DNA of 32,000 bases from positions 3,330,001 to 3,362,000 of the forward strand of contig NC_010296.1 of the NCBI RefSeq assembly GCF_000010625.1, given 5' to 3'. Below the pieces are notes generated by a model. It was not told the origin of the DNA, ran no database searches, and was given only the letters and a program-made list of their open reading frames with translations. Position 1 is the first letter of the stretch; every line of letters starts with the position of its first letter. Of this stretch, positions 5,586 through 13,396 are shown piece after piece. Source of the DNA: Microcystis aeruginosa NIES-843. Lineage in GTDB: Bacteria; Cyanobacteriota; Cyanobacteriia; Cyanobacteriales; Microcystaceae. Both the position numbers and the translations under genes were made by a program.

Positions 5586-7658
5586 ATGAAACTACTATCA
5601 ATAAAGTTATGTAATTTTCGACAATTTTATGGCAAGACTCCCGAGATACATTTAGCGGCAAGTTCTCGCAATACAACGGTAATTTATGGCAATAATGGTG
5701 CGGGAAAAACAACCATTTTAAATGCTTGTACTTGGGTACTTTATGAAAAATTTACAGCAGCTTTTGCCGAACCAGAGTTATTAGTTAATAAACGGGCAAT
5801 TACCGAAGTAAGCACGGGAACTTCCATAGAATGTTCCGCAGAAGTAAACTTTGAACATGAAAATAAACGCTATCAGGTAAAACGAAAATTTTTCGCCTAT
5901 CAAGATGTAAATAGTAAAATTAAATACGGTCAAAATAGTTTATATATGCTCTACGCTGGTGATGATGGCAATTGGTACACACCCAATCAACCACCAGAGG
6001 ATATTATTAATCAAATTTTACCCGAAAGTTTACACCGTTATTTCTTTTTTGATGGGGAATATATCGATCATCAATTTCGCAGTAGTAGCCAAGGTAAAAT
6101 CGCCGAGGATACAAAAGAATTATTGGGAGTTAAAGTATTAGATCGAGCGATCGAGCATTTAAAAAAAGCTAAAAAATCTTTACAAGATGAGCTTAAAGAT
6201 TTAGGAGAATCGGATTTAAAAAAGTTATTGAAACAGGAAAGTAAAATCGAGCAGGATTTCGAGAAATTAAAACAGCGTCAGCAGGATATTATTAACCAGT
6301 TATCCCAGCAGGAAGAATTAAAAAAAGCCGTGACTAATCGCTTATTAGAGTTAAGTGGTGCCGAGGAATTAAAACAGTTAAAAGAAAAATTAGAACAACA
6401 GGAAAGAAATCTGCGGCAAGATTTAGTGAGAACTAAGGATAAGTTAAAGAAATTAATTTCCCAGCAAGCTTATCAAGTCTTTTTAAAAGAAATTAATCAA
6501 AATTTTCAGCAATTAATCGATCGCCTGCGACAACAAGGGGAATTACCCAGTGGTATCAAACAGCAATTTGTCCAACAATTATTAGAGCGGAAAAAATGTA
6601 TTTGTGGCCAGGAATTACAGGAAAATAGCCAAGCTTATTTAGAGGTACAAGACTGGATGAATAAAGCAGGAATGGCCGATGTGGAAGAAGCGGCCATTCG
6701 CTTATCTTCCACAGTCAGAGAAATAGATAAACGGGTGTTAGATTTTTGGCAAGAAGTGGATAGTTATCAAGCTAATATTCACCAGTGGCGCTTAGAATTA
6801 TCTTTGGTAGAATCAGAATTAGATGAAGTTCGGGATAAATTTCGCCATTATCCCGATGAAGATATTAAAAATCTGCAATCTCGTTTAGATGCGATCGAGG
6901 ATTCCCTCAAAGATTTACGATTGGAACAGGGCAGCAATAAAAATCAACTAGATATCTATGAAAAAGAGTTAGAATCCCTGCAAAAACAGGTACAAAAACA
7001 GCAACAAAAAGAGGAAAAATCTAATTTAGGACAACGACGTAGTTTAGCGACTCAAGAGGCAATTAATCGCATTAGTGAGGTAAGACAGAGATTAGAAAAT
7101 CAGTTTCGTTTGTCCTTAGAAAAACGGGTACAGGAAATCTTTAACTCAATTTCTTTTACTCCCTATATTCCCCGTATTAGTCCCGATTACGAGGTAAGAC
7201 TATTAGAAAATACGACAGGATTCGCCATTCCCGTGGCAGCTTCTACCGGAGAAAATCAGATTCTCAGTTTATCTTTTATCGGGGGAATTATTGATCGAGT
7301 GCGAGAATGGAGTCAGAAAAATACTTTGATGGGAATTGATAGCAGCACTTTTCCTCTGGTGATGGATTCTCCTTTTGGTAGTCTTGATCATATCTATCGT
7401 CGGCAAGTTGCGATCGCTATTCCTAAATTAGCCAATCAGTTAATTGTTTTAGTGACAAAAACTCAATGGAGAGGAGAAGTAGAAACCGAGATTTCTCCCT
7501 ATATTGGTAAAGAATATGTGTTAGTTTATAATTCTCCGAAAGCGGATTGTCAAGAGGATTTAATTAATCTTCATGGTGTTGATTATTCTCTAGTGAAACG
7601 CAGTCCTAATAATTTTGAATATACGGAAATTATCGAAGTTAATCGATTTTCCTCCTGA
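5586..7658 (+). CDS. DndD-like SMC/ABC-type ATPase (AAA_23/RecF-Rad50 fold), orphan
   Basis: The N-terminus is MKLLSIKLCNFRQFYG and the Walker A is YGNNGAGKTTILNA. A roughly 330-aa coiled coil is interrupted by a CxCG hook-like motif (KKCICGQEL). The signature-like segment is STGENQILSLSFIGG. The Walker B/D-loop is PLVMDSPFGSLD, which matches the DndD pattern IDTPLGRLD. I chose the ATG at 5586 because the upstream part of the ORF is repeat-encoded. Confidence 0.75.
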   Translation: MKLLSIKLCNFRQFYGKTPEIHLAASSRNTTVIYGNNGAGKTTILNACTWVLYEKFTAAFAEPELLVNKRAITEVSTGTSIECSAEVNFEHENKRYQVKRKFFAYQDVNSKIKYGQNSLYMLYAGDDGNWYTPNQPPEDIINQILPESLHRYFFFDGEYIDHQFRSSSQGKIAEDTKELLGVKVLDRAIEHLKKAKKSLQDELKDLGESDLKKLLKQESKIEQDFEKLKQRQQDIINQLSQQEELKKAVTNRLLELSGAEELKQLKEKLEQQERNLRQDLVRTKDKLKKLISQQAYQVFLKEINQNFQQLIDRLRQQGELPSGIKQQFVQQLLERKKCICGQELQENSQAYLEVQDWMNKAGMADVEEAAIRLSSTVREIDKRVLDFWQEVDSYQANIHQWRLELSLVESELDEVRDKFRHYPDEDIKNLQSRLDAIEDSLKDLRLEQGSNKNQLDIYEKELESLQKQVQKQQQKEEKSNLGQRRSLATQEAINRISEVRQRLENQFRLSLEKRVQEIFNSISFTPYIPRISPDYEVRLLENTTGFAIPVAASTGENQILSLSFIGGIIDRVREWSQKNTLMGIDSSTFPLVMDSPFGSLDHIYRRQVAIAIPKLANQLIVLVTKTQWRGEVETEISPYIGKEYVLVYNSPKADCQEDLINLHGVDYSLVKRSPNNFEYTEIIEVNRFSS

Positions 7659-7687
7659 CTGCTAAATTCTCTTGTCATAACTAAATT

Positions 7688-9925
7688 TTAACTTCTAATA
7701 AAACGATCGATTGCTGTGTTCATTACCCCCACACGACTGGATAATTCCACAAGTTCCGTGGTGACAATATTATAATCCCCTAAATATTTATGGAGATTAG
7801 TTCCCTCTTGTTGATTGCCAATTTCTACTAACCTTTCCTCTCGCAATTCCTGCAAATGATCGAGGACTTCTTCTAAAGTATCTTCGAGGGGAGGTAAGGG
7901 AAGAGGAGGATTATTTGTTTGCAAAGCTTGGGTTAATTGCGTCAAAGCTTGGGTTATTTGTTGCGTGAACAGACTCAGATTAGGATGGGGAGGACTACCT
8001 CGATATTGTTCCAATTCCGTCAACAAAACTGTCACCCCGCGACCAAAACGGGGAATATAATTACTTAAAGTGATTGCCGGTTCCATTTGTGGAAAAGGTG
8101 TGCTAGGATCATCAATTAATCTTTGTAGGGCCGTTTGCATAGTTGTATTTGCTCGTCGAGCTTTATTGCGATGGGAAGATAAAATTGCAGTTTGATAGGA
8201 TGATTCTCCCAAATAAACTGCCATAACTGACTGAAAAAATATTTGATTAGCTTCTAATGCTTTAATGGCAGCGAGGGAAAAACGTTCATCTTCATTAAAC
8301 CGTAAAAAACCGAAGGAAAGTGCAAAGGCTAAAGCACTACCGATTAAAGTATAAACTATTCTGATATACTCTAAATTAATACCGTCATTGCTGGCATCCA
8401 GACGACTGATGATTAAAGCAAAAATTGTGATAAAAAATACGGCCAAACTATAGTGAAATCGCACCAAAGCTAAAGCGATCGCTATAGAAATCATCCCAAT
8501 AATTTCTAACCAGATCGGATTATCTATAATTGGCAACAATGCCAAAACAAAAAACGAGCCTAAAATCGTGCCAAACACCCGATTAAAAAAGCGTTGAAAA
8601 GTCAAGCTAAAATCTGGTTTTAACACAATAACTAAGGTTAAACCAATCCAAAAACTATGGGTAATTCCTAGCTTATGGTAAATCAAAACTCCTAGCGCAC
8701 TTCCCAAACCCAAGCGTAAACCATGGCGAAATAGGGGCGATTCTAGATTAAAATTAGATTTTAATGGTTCCCACCAAGCTTTTTCTTGACTGTACTCTTT
8801 TTCTATACCTTCAAAGTTCCGCTGCCAGGGATTTTTTTTATCGGAAAAGTTCTCGCTTTGCCGCAAATGTTGCGCTGTTTCACTGGCTATTTTTAGCTGT
8901 TTAAATAATTTTTTTAAACGATTATTTAATTGCGAAATTGCCACATAACTGCTATAATCATCCTGGGCATTTTCTAAAACTTTAGCTTGCAGGTTTTTTT
9001 GTTGCTCGATCGCCTTGAGTAATAGCTGCAAGCGCTCACAATCCGGTCGTTTATTTCTACCCAAAATTAACCAGGCAATATCTTCGCTAATTTCCGCCAC
9101 TTGCACGAGAATATCTTCTAATAAAATACCCACCGTGGTCAGTTGTGGCAAGGGATGAAGATGAAGCAATTCTCGCAGCGCGATTAAGCTGGTATTAATG
9201 CGATCGCTATCTTCGATCAAGACGATTAACAATTCCCGCAGCTCACTTTTTCCCCAACGTCCCCGACGCGTCAAGGTGACAGTTTTCCTAGAACGGAGCA
9301 ACAGTTGGCGGATTTTGTCAAAATATGGCTCCTCATTAGCATTAGAACGAGAGTGTAAGGGCAAAGAGCGGAGATAAGTGGCGATACCCTGAAAATTTTC
9401 CGCCGTTACCTGACGTAAAGGCTGATTAGGGCGAAAAGGCCAGATAAACAGGGCTAAAAAAATTGTCCATCCCCCTCCCAACACAGCGATTCCGGCCCGT
9501 TGTAAAGCGACGACAATATCTCCCGATGGCAAAGAAACAGCAAAAAGCAGCAATAAACTAATTACTACCCCAGCTAACGCCCCATTTTCCCCGTAAACCG
9601 TCAAATAACCCGCTAGAAACAACCCGCAAAAAACTATCACTACGGTCAATCCTAGCCAAGCACTGGCTAATGTGCCGATAATCAAAGCTAGAGCCATCCC
9701 GATAGTCGTAGCGACTAGGGTTTGCGCTCTCAGGCAGTAAAGTCCCCCTGCATCGGCTAAAATCAAGATTTGAGCCGCTAAACCGACCATTAACCCCAAT
9801 TCTGACTGATCTAAAATATCACCGATAATAATCGGTACCGCAATCGCTAATAAAGTCCGAATCCCCCGCTCGATCTCGATATCGCCACTAGGACGCAATA
9901 AAAAAGCAAATCGCTGAAGTAGCAT
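7688..9925 (-). CDS. FUSC-family (fusaric-acid-resistance-like, YccS/YhfK-type) integral membrane protein
   Basis: Two blocks of about 5-6 TM helices are separated by a long soluble helical linker and followed by a C-terminal soluble domain. This is the architecture typical of FUSC/ArAE proteins. Confidence 0.7.
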   Translation of the reverse strand: MLLQRFAFLLRPSGDIEIERGIRTLLAIAVPIIIGDILDQSELGLMVGLAAQILILADAGGLYCLRAQTLVATTIGMALALIIGTLASAWLGLTVVIVFCGLFLAGYLTVYGENGALAGVVISLLLLFAVSLPSGDIVVALQRAGIAVLGGGWTIFLALFIWPFRPNQPLRQVTAENFQGIATYLRSLPLHSRSNANEEPYFDKIRQLLLRSRKTVTLTRRGRWGKSELRELLIVLIEDSDRINTSLIALRELLHLHPLPQLTTVGILLEDILVQVAEISEDIAWLILGRNKRPDCERLQLLLKAIEQQKNLQAKVLENAQDDYSSYVAISQLNNRLKKLFKQLKIASETAQHLRQSENFSDKKNPWQRNFEGIEKEYSQEKAWWEPLKSNFNLESPLFRHGLRLGLGSALGVLIYHKLGITHSFWIGLTLVIVLKPDFSLTFQRFFNRVFGTILGSFFVLALLPIIDNPIWLEIIGMISIAIALALVRFHYSLAVFFITIFALIISRLDASNDGINLEYIRIVYTLIGSALAFALSFGFLRFNEDERFSLAAIKALEANQIFFQSVMAVYLGESSYQTAILSSHRNKARRANTTMQTALQRLIDDPSTPFPQMEPAITLSNYIPRFGRGVTVLLTELEQYRGSPPHPNLSLFTQQITQALTQLTQALQTNNPPLPLPPLEDTLEEVLDHLQELREERLVEIGNQQEGTNLHKYLGDYNIVTTELVELSSRVGVMNTAIDRFIRS

Positions 9926-9981
9926 AAATTCACTGAAAACTTAACTCTTGAACCTGATAACGTAGCTACCGATCAATAATT

Positions 9982-11427
9982 TTAGGGCAGCCAACGGGGT
10001 TTAAAACCGGCGTTGAGTTCTTGAGGTAAAATTTTCGGGGTGCTATTGGGACTGAATTGATCGGGGAGTGGTAATAACCAGAGACGACCATCGGCAATGC
10101 TCGACCCCTCCCCGGTGACTAAATCATTTCTGACTCCAAAGGGTGTGGTTGCTAACTGATCAAATAATAAGGCCACGCCATCGGGAGACATACTCATCTG
10201 CACGTCACGATAATTAGGTAAGGCCAGCAGGGGGATCATTTTACCCGTTTTTAGCTCAATAATCGCTAAAAATGGTTCTTCTTTCACCTTGCCATCGCTG
10301 CCCATAACCAGATCGCTTTTCAGACAGTAAAGGGTTTTTTCCTGTCGCGGTTCAAATTCACAGCTAATAATCGGATTAGCTGTTCTTAATAGTAGTCTTG
10401 ACTCTCCCTGATCATTGAGCAAAAATAGCGATCGCTGATTATCTGGTTCCGATTTCACCATGAGTTTTTGGCGACCATCCCGGGAAAAAGCGAGTATTTT
10501 CTCGTAGGTAGGCAAAAATTGCGGTTTTCCCCCTTGCACATCCAAAGGAATCACCGCTACCCCTCCCGTTTGACTGACAACCGCTTTTTTACCGTCGGGA
10601 GATAGTAAAAAAATATCCCCTTGTATTCCTAACGGTCGCGATTGTCCATCATCGCTGATTACCCATAAACTGGCATCCCCCGGATTCCCGTGATTGATTC
10701 TCTGCACGATTAGGGTTTTGCCGTTATCTGAGAGATCAAAGCGCAGATTTTGATAGGTTTTCGCATCTAAAAACCTTTCTATACGACCAATGGGCAAATT
10801 TTGACCATTTTCGTCATGATTTAAACCCGTGGTCATCGTGTAAAGTTGCTGTTTCGGGGTGTCTCGTCCTAAGTCAGAGCGATCGAAGGCCGAGAATAAA
10901 ATTCTCTCTCCCCTCGGATAGATTTGAAAATCCGTGACCACCAGATCCGCAGGGGTAAGGATGGTTTTTTTCAGTTCTGTGACGTTATTTGCCCCCTGAA
11001 TGATATTACAGACGATTAAACGACCTCTTTCCTCTTGGTTGACTCCAATATAGGCAAAAGCTCGATCGTGGGTGTAAAATTCCCCGATAAAGTCCTCACC
11101 TTGAGCAATGGGTAACTTTACTTGATATTTTTTGCCGTAGATGGGCAATTCCGTCAAGGTATAGGTCAAGCGATCGCCAGACCAGCTAATTTTACCCGGC
11201 AAGGGAGGATCGATCACCAGTCCGGTTTCTATGTCGGAACGGTCAATCGGTCGATTAAAACTTAAAGTAAAATAATTGTCCCTAACGCCGATTTTTCGTC
11301 CTTGCCAGCTAAAATTCTCCCCTCGGGTAGGAACTTGATTTCCCTGGATCAAAATCGACGATATCCCGGCAATTAAGGCCAAAATAGTCGCTAACACTAA
11401 GCGATCGAACCAAGCTAATCTTTTCAT
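9982..11427 (-). CDS. Membrane-anchored hypothetical protein with Ig-like N-domain and TolB/WD40-like beta-propeller repeats
   Basis: It has an N-terminal TM helix, recurring SPDG/SDNG/SRDG beta-propeller blade motifs, and a long uninterrupted ORF with normal composition. Confidence 0.7.
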   Translation of the reverse strand: MKRLAWFDRLVLATILALIAGISSILIQGNQVPTRGENFSWQGRKIGVRDNYFTLSFNRPIDRSDIETGLVIDPPLPGKISWSGDRLTYTLTELPIYGKKYQVKLPIAQGEDFIGEFYTHDRAFAYIGVNQEERGRLIVCNIIQGANNVTELKKTILTPADLVVTDFQIYPRGERILFSAFDRSDLGRDTPKQQLYTMTTGLNHDENGQNLPIGRIERFLDAKTYQNLRFDLSDNGKTLIVQRINHGNPGDASLWVISDDGQSRPLGIQGDIFLLSPDGKKAVVSQTGGVAVIPLDVQGGKPQFLPTYEKILAFSRDGRQKLMVKSEPDNQRSLFLLNDQGESRLLLRTANPIISCEFEPRQEKTLYCLKSDLVMGSDGKVKEEPFLAIIELKTGKMIPLLALPNYRDVQMSMSPDGVALLFDQLATTPFGVRNDLVTGEGSSIADGRLWLLPLPDQFSPNSTPKILPQELNAGFKPRWLP

Positions 11428-11548
11428 CAGTTATCAGTTATCAGTTATCAGTTATCAGGAGTCAGTCAGGAGTCAGTCAGGAGGCAATAGGCAATAGGCA
11501 ATAGGCAATAGGCAATAGGCAATAGGCAATAGGCAATAGGCAATAGGC
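11428..11548. repeat. Microsatellite block: (CAGTTAT)x4, (CAGGAGTCAGT)-type units, (AGGCAAT) about x9.5
   Basis: Read directly. It begins at the nucleotide adjacent to the ATG (complement 11425-11427) of the 481-aa gene. Confidence 0.9.
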
Positions 11549-11569
11549 AGCTTTATTCTCCCCACACCC

Positions 11570-12354
11570 GTTACAGTAGAGCAGGAAGTCGCCTTCCCAC
11601 CCCCTGCTTCAAAACCGGACTTACGACTTTCGCCGTATCCGGCTCCTGAGTAACTAGGCTACTGTCATTAGTAGAATAATAATGGGAATTATTATTTCCT
11701 TGTCTATTCAACCCTCTTGGCTGTATCCCCACCAGACAAGATTGTTGGTTTTAGGGCGTATATGACCGTTGATTGTTGCTTAGACTTCCTAGTTACCCGT
11801 CCTTTGTCAGCATATCTTTGATATTACTCAAAGCCTTGGCTTTTAAGGACATCCTCTCCCTCTATTGACTTGCGGATGGTTTCCTACTGCCCCGAACGGG
11901 CAGAGTCAATCAGGGTTACTTCGTTCCCTATAACCATTGGTTGAACCCTTAGGATGATACTGTCCACAACAGAGTAACGGGAATGCCTTACTGATAGTGG
12001 TATGAGCTATCAGCCCCAACTCTGTTAACTTTTGTTTCGAGCCTGTCAGCCTTTTGGCTCGTGGGTGTTGACGATGGTTAATTCGTATCTTCGCCCCAGG
12101 GCTATCCATAGGTTCTGGCTCAACGGGTTTCTGATTTAGGCTATCAGATACCGCTTTTTTTTCCTCGCTCACTACCTCAGATGTACCAAGTCTAAAGCAG
12201 CAGGAAATGCCGTCACTCTAGGCATCTAGAGGACAGGACTAAGGTTATTACTAACCCGCACCTGTAGGGTTATAAAGTTATCAAGGTACTACATTTACCA
12301 AGCGGCTAATCCTCTAAACGTCTTACTGTCTAGTTTCTAGCCAACGAATCGCAC
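11570..12354 (-). mobile_element. ORF-less group II intron ribozyme, copy 1 (785 nt)
   Basis: On the minus-strand RNA the 5' end is GUGCGAUUCG (from 12354). A perfect 11-nt GAAA-tetraloop receptor is formed by GAACC-UAUGG (12115-12106) and CCUAAG-GGUUC (11953-11943). The candidate EBS2 is ACACCC (12068-12063). The candidate EBS1 is CAUACC, in the loop of the hairpin CUGAUAG/CUAUCAG (12013-11991). A minimal domain IV hairpin lies at 11675-11696. Domain V is GAGCCGGAUACGGCGAAAGUCGUAAGUCCGGUUU (11645-11612), followed by a domain VI helix GCAGGGGGU/ACUUCCUGC. The 3' end is ...CUACUGUAAC. Confidence 0.85.
11612..11645 (-). ncRNA. Group II intron domain V (copy 1)
   Basis: The element is 34 nt. 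The lower stem GAGCCGGA/UCCGGUUU contains the AGC catalytic triad. There is a 2-nt AG bulge on the 3' strand, and the upper stem UACGGC/GUCGUA is capped by GAAA. This matches the canonical domain V architecture. Confidence 0.9.
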
Positions 12355-12375
12355 CACACCCCACACCCTACACCC
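12355..12375. repeat. 21-nt micro-exon between the two introns, made of three heptamer units (minus strand GGGTGTA GGGTGTG GGGTGTG)
   Basis: Direct reading gives the plus strand cacaccccacaccctacaccc. Confidence 0.85.
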
Positions 12376-13160
12376 GTTACAGTAGAGCAGGAAGTCGCCT
12401 TCCCACCCCCTGCTTCAAAACCGGACTTACGACTTTCGCCGTATCCGGCTCCTGAGTAACTAGGCTACTGTCATTAGTAGAATAATAATGGGAATTATTA
12501 TTTCCTTGTCTATTCAACCCTCTTGGCTGTATCCCCACCAGACAAGATTGTTGGTTTTAGGGCGTATATGACCGTTGATTGTTGCTTAGACTTCCTAGTT
12601 ACCCGTCCTTTGTCAGCATATCTTTGATATTACTCAAAGCCTTGGCTTTTAAGGACATCCTCTCCCTCTATTGACTTGCGGATGGTTTCCTACTGCCCCG
12701 AACGGGCAGAGTCAATCAGGGTTACTTCGTTCCCTATAACCATTGGTTGAACCCTTAGGATGATACTGTCCACAACAGAGTAACGGGAATGCCTTACTGA
12801 TAGTGGTATGAGCTATCAGCCCCAACTCTGTTAACTTTTGTTTCGAGCCTGTCAGCCTTTTGGCTCGTGGGTGTTGACGATGGTTAATTCGTATCTTCGC
12901 CCCAGGGCTATCCATAGGTTCTGGCTCAACGGGTTTCTGATTTAGGCTATCAGATACCGCTTTTTTTTCCTCGCTCACTACCTCAGATGTACCAAGTCTA
13001 AAGCAGCAGGAAATGCCGTCACTCTAGGCATCTAGAGGACAGGACTAAGGTTATTACTAACCCGCACCTGTAGGGTTATAAAGTTATCAAGGTACTACAT
13101 TTACCAAGCGGCTAATCCTCTAAACGTCTTACTGTCTAGTTTCTAGCCAACGAATCGCAC
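12376..13160 (-). mobile_element. ORF-less group II intron ribozyme, copy 2 (785 nt; identical by eye to copy 1, offset 806 bp)
   Basis: It carries the same motifs as copy 1, shifted by +806 (domain V at 12418-12451). The embedded 88-aa ORFs in the two copies are amino-acid identical. Confidence 0.85.
12418..12451 (-). ncRNA. Group II intron domain V (copy 2)
   Basis: It is the same 34-nt sequence as 11612-11645. Confidence 0.9.
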
Positions 13161-13233
13161 CACACCCTACACCCTACACCCCACACCCTACACCCTACAC
13201 CCCACACCCCACACCCCACACCCCACACCCCAC
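13161..13233. repeat. Heptamer microsatellite (CCCTACA/CCCCACA, about 10 units), forming the 5' exon flank of intron copy 2 on the minus strand
   Basis: Read directly. Confidence 0.9.
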
Positions 13234-13360
13234 TTTCTTATCAGCTTTAGTAATGATTGTCATCGGTTTTTTCAATCGAATAAATAAAAACGCCCCCAAA
13301 AAGGAAGCGTTTTTTAACTTATCATGAGGACTTAGCAAAATGTGTGCAGAGTTAGAACGC

Positions 13361-13396
13361 GGATGTTGGATGGGGATCCAGCATCTGTTTATTTTT
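13361..13396 (+). terminator. Orphan intrinsic terminator-like hairpin
   Basis: gatgttggat (13362-13371) pairs with atccagcatc (13376-13385), giving 10 bp with one G-U and a GGGG loop. It is followed by tgtttattttt. No annotated plus-strand gene ends here. Confidence 0.45.

Noticed and set aside
5395-5712. A 105-aa minus-strand ORF, together with the 39-codon N-terminal extension of ORF 5469 (LPTSPLPHLPTSPPPH).
   Set aside because: Both are encoded by the CCCCACYT and GGGTGATA microsatellites. The ATPase has a canonical N-terminus (MKLLSIKLCNFRQFYG) starting at the ATG at 5586.
11906-12172. An 88-aa ORF on the minus strand, duplicated identically at 12712-12978, which could be taken for a duplicated small gene or an intron-encoded protein.
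   Set aside because: It lies entirely within domain I of the group II ribozyme (intron nt 183-449), spanning the tetraloop receptor strand and both candidate EBS loops. It has no reverse-transcriptase, maturase or endonuclease motifs. Its sequence looks like translated structured RNA. It is duplicated only because the intron is.
11570-13160. The 806-bp tandem duplication considered as an IS element, a retron, a CRISPR-like array or a tandem gene duplication.
   Set aside because: There is no transposase or RT ORF, no terminal inverted repeats, and no short repeat-spacer organisation. The ribozyme hallmarks (GUGCG, domain V, tetraloop receptor, 3' AC) explain the unit completely.
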